This document shows positions 1-12,897 of a DNA stretch of 64,000 bases, piece by piece. The notes under the pieces were generated by a model. It saw only the letters and a program-made list of their open reading frames with translations, ran no database searches and was not told the origin of the DNA. The stretch lies in NCBI GenBank assembly GCA_013239625.1, contig MU053873.1, positions 3,176,524 through 3,240,523 of the forward strand, given 5' to 3'. This DNA comes from Lama guanicoe (Eukaryota). A program made the translations under genes and the position numbers. Each line of letters begins with the position of its first letter. Position 1 is the stretch's first letter.

Positions 1-337
1 GGGAAGCCCCCCTCAGGCCTTCTTCCCCCTCCACAACCAGCCATGCTGAGGACCCGGTCAGCTCCGCTACGCAAATGGGGTTGTTTTGAGACCAACAGTG
101 AGCTTGGTCTCCTCTATTTTTATCTCTCTTTGGGGACCTAGAGAGGAAGAAGTTAGGGGGCACAGAAAACAGGATACGAAACCATCTAGATAGTGAAATG
201 CACACAATGGAAATCCACTAATAAATATACCACATGCTCATATTAATCTACTTCTACAACATAGTGACATACACATTGTAATAGACACACAGCATACTAA
301 TACAGATTATATATTCATTATATATTTGTTCCTATAC

Positions 338-470
338 CATTCACTCACTCACTCACTAAGCATTCACTGAGTACCTACTACGTGCCAGCATTGATCTAAG
401 CATGGCGACATAGACAGATAAAACCCTAACTTCTGGGAGCGTCATTCTTGCAGGGTCCTAATCTACCCGT
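338..470 (-). mobile_element. LINE L2 3' end fragment
   Basis: cattcactcactcac...tgagtacctactacgtgccagca is the reverse complement of the L2 tail (ggcacatagtagg..ctca...tgaatga). Confidence 0.65.
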
Positions 471-1064
471 ACTGCTGGTGCCTACAACACAGGCACTCAC
501 TATGCCTTGGGACTGAGTGAGGGGTGTTACTGCAACGACGAGAGCTGAACGAAGGAGGGGCCAGGGTACCACACTCACTAGGGCATACGTGGTACACACC
601 ATGCATACAGACATCAATGCAAGACTGCGGTGTGTTGTACACACTGGCCTCCCCTGCATTGTGTAAGAGAGTCATTAACCCCTGTGAGACTCCCAGGCTG
701 TGCAGAGTTGCCCATGTGGGTAGCAGTTCATGCAATAATTAGTAGTGGCAATTAAAATCATCTCTTGTGATGTTCAATTAGAGGCTAATATTTAAAACCA
801 CTGCCTGGTTTCTCTGCCCAAGGCACCACGGTCATCAGGGGACCCTCTGCTGTCCGCAAACACACAGGACTCTAGTGCTGCTTTCTGCGTCTCTAACCTC
901 TGGAGGTGTCCCGCAGGGCCTCCTAAAGTTAATTTCACCTCTTTTATTACAGGGCAGACTGCCTCAAAACACTCCTGCAACCTGATGAAACATCACCTTG
1001 TTATTTTTTCCTGATGGCGCTAAAGACAAATAGAAAATTCTTGTTACAAGACGGCCAAAAAAAC

Positions 1065-1240
1065 ACCATACACATGGTGTGCAAATATATACAAATGTAT
1101 ATTTATATAATGTATACATGTCATATAGATAAATGTAAATGTATAAACATAAACATATATAAATATGTATAGGTGTGACTGTGTGCACATTTGTATGCAG
1201 AGATACACAAATGTTCCCAGTCTGACACACAGCACATACT
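1065..1240. repeat. AT/ATGT-rich low-complexity tract
   Basis: Degenerate (TA)n/(ATGT)n sequence. Confidence 0.7.
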
Positions 1241-1584
1241 TAATATTTGGGAAAAAATTAATAAATGAATATAGTTATTTCTATTTCTCACATGGGCAGG
1301 CACTCCGCTAAATGCCTGAAATTCCTTACTTCATGTGGTCTTTATAACAACTCTTAGAGTCACGTACGACATAAACGCATAAAAGGAAACGTGAGAATAT
1401 TACAACAAAGGAGCAGAAGAGTTATTATCTCTGCGGGATGAGATAGCAGGTGATATTTAGCTTCCTTTTTAAACTTCTTCAGATATGCTGCAAAGAATAT
1501 GAATTACTTTTATTATCAGAAAGTTAAAAAAGACAGGACTATCTCCCTCTGCACAGCCATGAACAGCCCCCAGGTCTACCTGCT

Positions 1585-1730
1585 CAACACCTCTCATGGC
1601 AGCCTCATTATCCCCATTTTACAGATGAACGGGCTGAGCCTCAGGAAGGTTAAGTCACGTGCCCAGGGACGTGGAACCAGGACATGACAATTTAGAGTGG
1701 ACCCTGGTCTCATGACCCCAGCCCACGGCT
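1585..1730 (-). mobile_element. MIR SINE
   Basis: Core motif ttatccccattttacagatga...gagcctcaggaaggttaagtcac. Confidence 0.75.
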
Positions 1731-3015
1731 ATTTTCCCCTTTGCCTCTATTTGTTCCTGGTTCATTCAAAGGTGCCTGTGTCTCTGGAGGTGCAGGGAAT
1801 CATCCCAGAAAGCCAGATTATGAGGAACTGTCACTGTCTCAAGATGTCCAAGGGTCACTTGTCTGGAAGAAATGAGGCTACAGGAGAAAATAAATGCCCC
1901 GTGAATTGTGTCCTGGAAAGAGCTCCCAGGCCGCACTGACCATGGAGTAAGCATTAGCAGGGAATATTCAGTCTCATTTTGGGAAAGGAAGGAGTCGGGG
2001 TGTCCATTAGAAAACCCCAAATTATGCATCAGATTCTCTTACTTCAGGCTGGAAAAGAGTCCAACCTCCAACTGGAAAAGGGACAGGGGAGAAGGTGGTC
2101 ATCATTAGGCAATGCCCTTCCATCACAGTCATCCTGCAAATTGTCTTATTTTATTCTTATAATGTGGCGATAGACACAGAGAGACTCATCAAAGATCCCA
2201 AAGGCACGCAGCTAGAAAGTGACACACAGATTCCAGCTCAGGCCTGCCTGTTTCCAGAGGGTCAGCACATACCCGACAACTCCTCCCACCCATTCCTTCA
2301 CCCATAACAGGCATGTCTAATCGATCACTGCACAGACCCAGGCAATGTGGGGCCAAAGTCCACTCTGAACCACTAAGCTAAATGCTCCCAGTGCTGTCCG
2401 GTGCCCCATCTACCAGGATCAACAGGGAACTCCCAACTCTGCCCCACGTCCAATGATGGCAATACTCCTGAATCCTCAGAGAAGACACTTATATTAGTTG
2501 GTTGATTGGGGGCCGGTATTTCTCCTTGAAAACTGACACGTGTTCTATGCAACCAAGGGAAGGTGAAGCCCACTACACTCAGGAAGAGACCCTGGCGGGT
2601 GGGAAGGGGTATATGCAAACTTCCAACAACATGGGGGTGGGGAGGCAGCAGGAGAAGTCCTGGCTTCAGAATAAGATGAACCCTGAACACTGGATTTTAA
2701 AGAGTTACTAATCCTTTCCAACTTTCAGTTCCTCATCTGTTACCATCACAGTATTATTTCAGACTGAAAGGTGTTGCAAGGAATAAATGAAACAATGTAA
2801 AACTGCATACATCTGGTATACCTAACAGGAAGGCACACACTTGATATGTAACAAATGTTTCCATTTCCTTCCTTCTAAGTAAAGACTCTGAAAATATGAA
2901 GCCTGCAGGGGTTTTTACACTGAGGATAGCCTCATTTTTCAGAAAATGAATTCTATGAACCTGATGCTTTTTTGTTGAAGCTGGAAGGATTTAATGTAAT
3001 GCCTCCAAGGAGCTT

Positions 3016-3480
3016 GTATCAGTCAGGAAAATAGAAATCACTCTCGATCATTCAACCAAAGGAATTTAATACAGGGAATTGGTTTTCCAGGTGATGGAAA
3101 AGATGAGAAGCCAGGAGAGATTAGCAGCAGCAGGAAGGCACTGCCAACCCAGCGCTGGAAGGAAAAGCTAAGAAGCTGGGCCACCCAGTGGGCAACAGCA
3201 CAGCTGCCCAATAGGAGGTGGCCTCAGGGAGAAGGGTCCCAGGGATCTGGAATTTCAGAGGCTGAGCTGTGGCCAGGGACGTCCCCTATTCTACCCTGAG
3301 GCAGTGTGACAGAGGTAGAAATGCTCTGGTTCCTCCCGTCCTCTTGTCTTTCAATTGTCCATCACTGCCTTTCACCGGCTGAACCTACCAGAAGGCAAGT
3401 TAGGGAAACAGTTTCCTGCAATCTAGAGCAGAGCAGAGAAGGGGCGGGAATGAATCTGAGAGCAAACAGGAGAACTACCC
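3016..3480. mobile_element. Old ERVL/MaLR-type LTR remnant
   Basis: Begins tgtatcagtcagg...ggaatttaatacagggaattggtt, resembling old ERVL/MaLR LTR ends; family not certain. Confidence 0.45.
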
Positions 3481-3691
3481 GTACAAAGCACAAAAGCATC
3501 TGGGCTGTATCCAGGTTTCATTATTAAAGACAGACGAGGGTGTTTTCAGCTTGTAAAAATTCATCCAACTATACACTCTTAAGATTTGCATGCTTTTCTT
3601 CTTGTATGTATCAAGGAGAACATTATAAGAAATCCAGAATTATGATTGTCAAGTGCTATAGAACCAGATGCTGGATTACAGCCCCCTAGTC

Positions 3692-4690
3692 TGTATAAGT
3701 TATTTATTGCTACATAACAAATTGCCTCAACACCTAGTCATTTTGAAATATCAAATATTATTCATTATCTTTCATGGTTTCTGGTGGGTCCAGGAACTCA
3801 GAAGTGGCTTCTCTGGGTGGTTCTGGCTCAAGGTCTACGGTAGAATGAGTAACAGTCCCCAAAGATGTCCACGTCCTCATCCCCAAAACAGGTGAAGATG
3901 TTAATTTAAATGGCAAGAGGCATTTTGCAGATGTGATTAAATAAAAACTCTTGAGGTGAGAGGTTATTCTGGACTATCTGGGTGGCCCCTAAATATGATC
4001 ATAAGGGTCCCTATAAAAGGGTGGTAGGGAGGGGAGCAGGTCAGCAGGGAAGAAAGCAGGAATGTGGTGATGGAATCGCGGGTTGGAGTGATGCGGCCAA
4101 GAAACGCTGGCAGTCTCTAGAAGCTGGAAGATAGGAGAAGTGAATTGTCCCCCGAGACCCCCAGGAGGGACCAGCCCCACTGTCACCTTGATTTTAACCC
4201 CTAAGACTCACTGCGGACTTCTGACCTTCACAACTATCAGAGAGTACATTGTGTTGTTTTAAAGCTACTATGTTTGTGGTCATTTGTTGCATCAGCCCTG
4301 GGAAACTAACATAAGATCTGTCATGGTGTCACAGTGAAGGTGCCCTATCTGTGCTATCTGAAGGCCTCCCTGAAGCTGGAGAGTCCCTCCCAAGGAAGCT
4401 CTCTGCCATGGCTACTGGCTGGAGGCCTCAGTTCTCTGCCAAGAGGGCCCTGACTGCGCTGCTGAGTGTCCTCCTGACTTGGTGGCTGGCTTTCCCTGAG
4501 CAAGGGGTCCCAGGGAGAGCACGCCAAATGCTAAAGGCCTTTTATAGCCCAGCCTCCAAGTGACCTGTCATTACTGCCAGCAGTCCATTGGTCACACAGA
4601 CCAACTCCGATACAACGTGGAGGCGGCTACACACGGGTGTGAACGCAGAGGTGGGGACCACTGAGGACCCTCTTGGAAGCTGGCTACCAG
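3692..4690 (-). mobile_element. MaLR LTR (MLT1F/G-like), split by a younger MLT1 insertion
   Basis: tgtataagttatttattgctacataacaaat...ggttctggctcaaggtc resumes at 4319 with tgtcatgg...ggaggcctcagttc...cttggaagctggctacca. Confidence 0.7.
3836..4313 (+). mobile_element. MaLR LTR (MLT1D-like)
   Basis: ccccaaagatgtccacgtcct...tttgcagatgtgattaa...ggaaactaacata; flanked by AGGTC/AGATC (5-bp TSD, one mismatch). Confidence 0.8.
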
Positions 4691-4800
4691 AGTAACACTG
4701 AAATTTCTTCGCATACAGGCCTTATTTCCACTGACTCCCCTCCCACAGGGGAAAACCCTGCAGGACCCTGAACGTCTTTGCATTTCTAGGAACACACCTG

Positions 4801-5280
4801 TTTACAGGCTGTATGGTGTGTTCCCCGCAGAAGACACACTGAAAGTCTACTCCCCAGTGCCCAACGCCTGATGCCCCGGAATGAGACTGTATCTGGAGAG
4901 GCAATCAAGGTAGAATGAGGGCATTAGCGTGGGCCCTCATCCAACACGACTGGGGTTCTTAAAGGAAGAGGGAAATTTGGAAACAAAGACACACACAGAG
5001 GGGAGAAGGTGAAGACACAGAGGGAGAGGGCCACGGGGGGGGGGGCAGAAGGCTGAAGGGTTGCAGGTGCAACCTAAGGAGCGTCAAGACTGCCAGCACA
5101 CCGACGGGAGAGCGGCGTGAGACGGTTTCTTCCCTAGCGCTTTCAGAGAAGCAAGGAGGCCCTGCTGACATCTTGATCTCAGGCTTCTAGTCTCCAGAAT
5201 GTGAGACAACAAACTGCTGCTTCACCAGGCTGCCCAGCTTGTGGTACTTTGCTGCGGCAGCCCTAGCAAACTGACGTAAT
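4801..5280 (+). mobile_element. MaLR LTR (MLT1B-like)
   Basis: gtgggccctcatccaacacgactggggttctt...cctgctgacatcttgatctc...gcagccctagcaaactga. Confidence 0.75.
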
Positions 5281-6939
5281 ACTGTGTGATCTGTTATTTT
5301 CCTTTTCTACCCCATTACCTTTCTTTCCTGGTTCTAATAGGGTCATTATACAGAATTTAGAAAACAAAGCAAGCTGCAAAAAACTCAAAACAACAACAAA
5401 ACTTCTACAAATCGCCCTTAAGTCTGTTACTTGGGGACAACCCCTCTTAATGACTATGTTGGTGTATTTCCATTCTGTGTTTACTCTTGCACTTGTGTAT
5501 AAATACATCTATGTGACATACACTCGGGTAAAAGGGTTTTAGAGTCAAGGCAGAAGGGAGTTAGCCACGCAGACAAGCAGGGGGCCCTCCGACGTGCCCT
5601 GCCGGGGTCCTCTGCTGTTGCAAGGCGAAGAGCACCTGGGGCTCCCGGCACCTGCCTGCAGGCTTTTCTTCCCTTCACATTTTTCAAGCGGATTGTTTTA
5701 AAATGCCCCCAGCTATTGCTTGAGGGCCTTTACAGCTTTCTAGGAAGTTAATATTTTAGGTAACTTGGGCTGTTCAAAATCTAGATGATAAAGCTCTGGC
5801 CTGCAGAAAGTCTCAGATGTGCATGTTTGCTATGCATGTCCACTCATCCCACAAACGTCTGTGAACACAAACACACCATACACCAGGAGCCCAAAGTGAC
5901 GCTCAGGTCAGGAGGGCACCTGCCCAAGGTTGCTGGACCACTGGGTGACAGACGCAGAACCAGAACGGGAGCTTTTCCTACCCAGGTCATCTGTCAGCAA
6001 GGGCCTGCTTCTCCCTGCTCTCTGTCTCACACACTTTGGATGAGCCGTTTCTGAGAAACATGGGCTCCAGCTACTTCAGCAATCCCAGTGCCATGGACTG
6101 GGACTCTGTGTTTGATTCTCGGGGTCCCACGTTTCCCCTGATGGGTGGGGAGTGGCGAAGGCACAGCCTCCTTGGGAGGGCAGGAGACCCTCACACACGG
6201 AAGGGGAATGTGGCTGAAGGTCTCTGGGGCCCGTGGACGGGGATGGGAGGGTGATCAGGCATCGAGGCACCAGTATGAGACTGCATTGTGAGTCTGAGTC
6301 ACAAGGCTTGCAAACAAAAATTTTAAAAAGCCTCTCTAACGACTCAGAGCTCATAGCTTTCCCAGCCCTAGAACCACCCCCAGCCTGTGACTTCTGCTGC
6401 AGCATCTTCAGAAAGGGACAAAAAAGAGCTGTCACTGGAGTCCAACCCTCTTCAGGTTTACACATGCAGGCCCTCACAGAGCCTCCAGCTGCAGCCAGAC
6501 ACCCTGACCTGGGGTGAGCTCCAACACCCCGCTCCCAACTTCCCTGAGTCATCCACCTAACTGCTTCCCAGGAAAAGGAAAAAAGGGCATTTCATTTTTT
6601 CTGCTCAAACACAAATAGGACATATCTGTGCTACCTGATTTTCCTGACAGATGAATAATTATATCAACGTAATTAAGTCTCGAATGCAAAAATGATCTGT
6701 ACTACATACACGAGACTACACTTCCCGCATCAGAGGACCATTGTTCCAGGCGGTAATTATCAAGCCACCTCTGACATGTCTCATTTAAATTTAAATGGAA
6801 ATGAAGCTCATAGATCTTTCTCAGCCCACTACCCCATGTGATAGCAGAAGTACAGAAACTGGACTTGGAAACTGCTCAAGTGGCCTCTGGGTTTTGCACA
6901 CAAAGAAGTTTTAAGTGTACCAGCAACTTATTGCTGCGT

Positions 6940-7680
6940 CCCCCCTTCTCCGATCCCCAAGTCTCTCATCAGTACAGTGGGCCGATCTCTTGCATCTTCC
7001 CCTGCTCCCCATTCCCCTGTCAGCTTAGTCTTGATCACCACCTCCTAAGGGTTCTCAGAGTCTTACATTGGTATCCTCTCTTCAATCTGGCCCCCTCTCC
7101 AATCCATATTCCAAAAAGCATCCAATGAGAATCTCTTTAATCAGATCCAGTCCTCTCCTGCTTAAGAGCCTTCAGTGCCTCACTGCTTCCCCAAGTCCAA
7201 ACTGTGTGGCTGAGCCAGTCAAGCCCCTCACACTCTTTCCTCAAACCCACCTTCCAGGGTTCCCCTCCTTCCACTGTCCATACTCTGCACCCACACATCA
7301 GTAACTCCCACAGTCTTCACCAGCTCCCAAACACGCCACGTCCTTTCATGCCTCTGAGCGTTTGCACCTATCATTCTTCCACCCGGAATGCTCTTCCTTG
7401 CTCTGAAAAGTGAACTCCTATTTTATCCTTCAAGACCCGCTCCACAATCACCTCTTCTGTGATGACCTCTCTGGATCCCTGGGGTAGAATTAGCCATTTT
7501 CTTCTCCATGTATTTGTACAAGTCACCGGTTAAGCACACATCTCATCAGATTGTAATTAGTTTTCAACTTCCTGCTATACTGAGCTCCTTATGAGTAGGT
7601 TTGTACTCAGCCTAATATCCCAAAAGCCTAATGCAGCACCTGGAACTTAAAACGTCACTGCATAAATATTTCAGCTTTAC
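6940..7680 (+). mobile_element. LINE L2 3' region
   Basis: tttgcacct...cggaatgctcttcc...tcctattttatccttcaagacc...cacctcttctgtga...gcacctggaac...ataaatatt. Confidence 0.65.
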
Positions 7681-7709
7681 ATTCTCCCAGCTCAAAATTC
7701 GTGGCAGGG

Positions 7710-7960
7710 CAGTATACAGCAGGTCTGGCAGCCATGGGTCTTCAACTCACACAGACAGGGCTTGAAACCCAGCTCACCACTTCCAGTATGACCCTGCGCA
7801 AGTCTGTCACCCACTGACCAGAACCTTGGCTTCCTCATCTGCAAAGTGGCAGTGATGACAGCATCGCTGTGCTGTGGGACTAGTTGAGAATTTACGAGTG
7901 GAAGATGCTTGAAACATTTCATAAAACATAGCAAAGTTTAATGCTCAATAAACATCAGCC
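7710..7960 (+). mobile_element. MIR SINE
   Basis: cttgaaacccagctcaccact...cttcctcatctgcaaagtgg...atgctcaataaa. Confidence 0.75.
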
Positions 7961-9415
7961 CTCTTTCCTGTTCTCAGAATTGCTGTGTGACACCTTGCGA
8001 AAAGTGGCAGGTTTGGGAGGTCTCTTCCAATTGTTATACTTTCTCACCCTCCCATCTCTCCTGGCTCCCACACCTGCCACATTTGGGCATATGGTGAGCT
8101 CAGTCCTGTACTCCATTGGCCATACTATTTTAATGCCCAAACACAGCCCCCCAAATACTTCTGGTCCCCTCTCCACCAAAACATGATCATACTTTGTCCC
8201 ATTTCCTCACTGTCAGGTCATAAGTCATGCAAACATGCCCAAGAGTCAGATAAAATCATTATTGCCAATGTGCCACCCTGCCTCCCACCCAGGGCAGGTT
8301 AGATCTCATCCTGGTCAGCATCCTTAAGTGTCCAGAGCATTCCAGGAGAGCCTTGGCTTGGGGTTCAGACACAGCCTACAGATGCAGGAGTCGGAAGACA
8401 GCCTGTTGAATAAAATCATCCAAGCCAGCAGTGACCAAAGGGACCCCATCCCAACCTTAATGCTGGGCAGGCACAGTGGGGAGAGTCAGCAAAGGGGTGA
8501 GACTGAGACCCACACCTGACTCAAGACCTGGCAACAGGTCCGACATCTGCAGACTCTCCAAGCACCAGTGAGCACATCCTCGAGTCGGTGCCCTCACCTC
8601 CACAGTAGGCACCAATACTAATTCCCTCCCCATCTTTAATACAGAATATCGCGAGGCTCCAGTTGCGTTTGGGTATTTCGTAAACTGTGAGGTGCTGAAT
8701 GCATATGACACATCATTTATCACACTGCTTCTTCCCTCCTCACGTCTTCCTTGTTCCAGTACGTCTGATGGCGTCATCACGACTGAAGCTCCACCTGGCA
8801 TCCTCAACAAACCAAACTACCATCATGAATGAACTCGAGGGAGCAGGGGGAGCAATCCCCCTTCTGCAGGCACATCAACCCTCATACACAGTCGTGTTCT
8901 ATCAGACATGCACCCCGCCTCAAGAACTGATCAGGAAGAACTTCGGCTGCAGTCACTGGTATTGGGGATCAATGCCAGATCCTGGCCTTCCTAGTGTGCT
9001 TGGACCAGAGTCAATGCCGTCTGGCTGAGAGACGACGCTGGGCGGGAGCTGCTGTCAGAGAAAATACACGTGCGACATAAACAGCAAAAGACACCGATAT
9101 ACAGCGGGCAGCCAGGCATTGTAATGACCAGAGATTAAGACAATGATTTCGAGATCTGATTGGCTTCCATCTGCTGAGGCAAGAGGATGTTACCGAGACG
9201 CAAACATCCTGGCCTGTTTCAAAGTAGTGGAAAGTTCCACCCATTGATTGGGAAGTGGACTTTTTTTTGGTAGTTAAGATTCTCGTTCACTTATGCCACT
9301 TTTGCAGGATGGTTTCAAATGCTAACTCCTTCAATTCAAGGGCACTATGTGGCCTCCAGAGAGGGGTTCTGGATGGATTTTTATTTTCTGGGCTGAAGAA
9401 CACTGAGCTAAAATG

Positions 9416-9632
9416 CAAAGGTTTCTCAATTCCAGCATCACTGACATTGGGGCCTCATAATCCTTTGCTGGTGGGGAGAGGGCAGCAGTCCTGTGCATTT
9501 AAGGATGCTCAGCCAGCTGTATCCCTCTAGCCACCAGATACAGCAGCACTCCTACCCCTAAGTTGTGCAGCATGTCTCCAGATGTTGCAAATATTCCTTG
9601 GGGAGCAAAATCAACAACAGTTGAGAGCCAAG
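9416..9632. mobile_element. MER20 (hAT-Charlie DNA transposon)
   Basis: ggtttctcaa...actgacattgggg...gtcctgtgcatt..aggatg...tgtctccagatgttgc...gttgagagcca. Confidence 0.8.
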
Positions 9633-9815
9633 CTAAAGGCCTAATGGTAGGTGGTAGATGTTACTTTAGAAAACACCCAGGCTCTAGATCAGACAGATGT
9701 CAATATGAACCCTGAACGAACCGCTTCCTGCTGTGTGACCCCATCTTAAGAACATGAACCACCCCCTTTCATGGCTGCAGTGCGTCTGGAATGAGGAGGA
9801 AGTCTGATGTAGTTT

Positions 9816-9980
9816 CAGCCACTCCAAGTGGGGTCTGAGGGCTGTAGCAGTGGCATCACCAGGCTGCCTGTTAGAAATGCAGACTCTCAGGCCTGGTCCC
9901 AGACCTGCCAACTCAGATACCACCTTTTAACAACCTCCCCAGGTGATGTGTGTGCCCTCGATGCTGGAGAAATGCCAGTG
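9816..9980. mobile_element. MER5A (hAT-Charlie)
   Basis: ggcatcaccagg...ctgttagaaatgcagactctcaggcc...ttttaacaacctccccaggtgat. Confidence 0.8.
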
Positions 9981-10839
9981 CTGTGATGGAGAGCACAGGT
10001 TTTGGCAACCAAGGGATCGATGATATGCCTTGATACCAATCTTTCCTAGCTCTCCAGCCTTGGGCAAGTCACTTCAGCTCTTGTAAGCCTCTTTAAAATG
10101 TGTAAAAGAGAGATAAAAATACTACCTCGCTCTTACGGTGGAGAGCGCCTATTTAATTAGATGGTGCATTGAAAGTGCTTTGCACAAGGTCAGTCCGGGG
10201 CAGACAGGCAGTGAGTGTCAGCTCCTGGGCTGCCCCCGCCCCCTCCTCTCCAATGCCTCTCAGGCTGGCACATCAGCAAGCCCGGACTCCCAGCAGGAAG
10301 ACACAGAGATGTGGAAGGAAGCGCCCTCCCTCCACACTTCTGTGAACACTCTTCTGATGGAGTCTAAAATTACAATAGCCACTTGGCCACTCACGGTCCA
10401 TTTATTCACTTATTGGCCCAGCAGGAAGGAAAAACCACCACCAAGCGATGAGCTGTCTTTTCCCTCCACATCTTGAGGTGATGGCCCAGGGGCACGTGCC
10501 TCTGGGAGGGACAGCCTCATCAACCCCACCTGGCAGCTGGGCCTCCGGACTCTCACCAGGCCTGTCAGTTCTGCCTCCCAGGCAGCCAGTGTCATCTTCT
10601 GCCTCTCACTGAGGGCCTGGCTCCCCAGGGGACTCCAAGGCCTCTCACTAGTTTCTCCCAGCTCAGACCCAGCTCAGAGACAGGGTTCTTTTGTTTTCCT
10701 CCCAGCGCCAGGGATTACCCCACCTATGGAACATCTCTTCCCAGAAAAAAGAAAAATGAGGTTTTGCCATTAATTTTCATAAGTGTACTATTCCTGGATT
10801 ATACACAAAACAATTACGCCTGCCCGAGATTACGCCTGC

Positions 10840-10965
10840 TGTCCATATGTGACTACTGAGCACTTCCTAGGTGGCCGGTGCAACTAAGCAACTGAATTTC
10901 TCATTTTATTTAATTTTAATTAACCATGAGGCTAATGGCTACCACACTGGACACCACCATTCCAG
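10840..10965. mobile_element. MER3/MER33-like DNA transposon fragment
   Basis: ccatatgtgactactgagcactt...actgaatttctcattttatttaattttaattaa...tggctaccacactggaca. Confidence 0.6.
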
Positions 10966-12674
10966 AGAATTTCTATCTGCTGTAGTGAGGTGGAAAATAA
11001 TCTAAGTATCTGGGAAACCACGGTGCTTCACCTGTCCTGAGTGCTGGAACCACAGCACCAGCGGAGAAAACTGGAGAAACTCCAAGTTTCTAGGAGCCTT
11101 TGGGTTCTGTGCTTCTTGTCCAAGGTTTTGAAGTTTCAAAGAGGTGTTATTCTATGTTCTACAGACTCAAAGCTCTGAAGGGCAGAGTGCCCAGGAAACC
11201 CCAGAGATTGCTACTGAGAGCACCACCTCCTTTTTTTAAACAGGAAGTTCTCAGTTTTGCATATGCAAATATTTCATGACAGTAGATACAGGAACCACTC
11301 CCAGGTGTGTGGTTAACTCCAGGGCCCCACACTGGAAGAGTTAAGAAGAAAGCAAGTCCTAACGCTAGGAAGGAGATGGTGTCACTGGGGAAAAAGACAT
11401 AGAAGCTATACAACCAAACCAGTAATATAAAGGCAGTAACCAGGAGTTAAATTGAGCAGTGGACTGTGGATTCAGTCTGGATGGGAGGAAGCCCTGTCTC
11501 TAACCTCTCCCAGCCGCCATCTCCTCATCTATAATACTGTCACAAGGAAGCACCTGCATCAGGACTCCTCCTGTCTGTCTGAGTCACCTGAGGGTCTTGT
11601 TAAAATGCAGACCCTAACTCAAAGGTGTGGGGGGCATGAGAGTCTGCAGCCAAGGCTGCTGGTCTGATAATGAAACTTTGAGTTGGTGCTAGGTCACAGG
11701 GTGTTTGGGAGAATTAAATGACATAATACCCACACCATGAGTAGGCCTGGCATACACAGTAGGCGGTTATATAAATAATAATCACAGGAGCAAGAACAAT
11801 GACAACAGAAATAAGTAAATACAAACTATACATAACCCAACCTAGAATCAACCTCCAGCTGACATCCATCACAGGAAAAACAAAAAACAAAAACCAAAAA
11901 CCCCCAGAGTCACAAATCAAGGTTCTGTTCACCCTTATTCTTATGAAGAGCAATCTTTCCCCCTCTCTGGTTAAATGAGTCTTAACCATCAGCATCCTCA
12001 GACAAAAGTCAGAACTAGCCTGAAGACCTCATCTAAAAATCATGAATTAAGACATGAGATACTAGTTTTGAAACCCAGTGTCCTTGGCTTGCAGACACAG
12101 ACTTTAATGCTGGCCCCACATGAAGCTGCCACGTAAGCTACTCCTTCTAACAACAGAAGTGTGTACACAGCATCTTGGCTTGTGTACTTGAGCTTTTCCA
12201 GCCGAGGCCGGGCCTCTGTGATGAAAATTGGGTAGGTGGGGCCAGGGAAGGCATCTTGGTGTGGGAGGGCCCTGGGAGAATGGACAACAGAAGAACCACC
12301 CTTGGGAAACTTGGAGCCACTAGACTTTCAAATGAGCTACAAAAAGATTTGCATCATCGAACCTGTACCCATTGCTGGGGCCAAGAGGAAGGCACCAGGC
12401 AGCCTTTAATCAGTTTTACTCCCTCATGATTGTTAGCAGGGGTGAGGACTGGGTACTAGGGAGAGCTACAACTTATTGACATTTAATATGTGCAAGACAC
12501 TCCTTTAATCTCTGGGCTACCTTAAATCCATTTTACAGATGAGGAAACAGACTCAGAGAAAGCAGATGACTTGTCCCCTGCATGCAGCCTGGAAGGGCCA
12601 GAGCCAGGATTTATATCCAGTTCTGCGGTCTGGTCCATTCTCTATTCCACTCTTCCTTCCGAAAGAGCTTGAAG

Positions 12675-12897
12675 CAGGTGTCAAGCACACCGCAGCCTAT
12701 GGGCCACATCTGGCCCACCGCCTGTTTCTGTAAATAAAGTTTTATTAGAACACACATGCTCACTCATTCATGTACTGTCTACAGCTGCTTCTGTGCTAGG
12801 ACCAAGATGAGTGGTTGTGACAGACACAGTACAGCCCACAAAGTCTAATAAAATATTTACTACCTGGCCTGTTACAGAAAACACATGCTGATCCCTG
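12675..12897. mobile_element. MER58A (hAT-Charlie)
   Basis: gggccacatctggcccaccgcctgtttctgtaaataaagttttatt...aaaatatttactacctggcc...tgctgatccctg. Confidence 0.85.
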
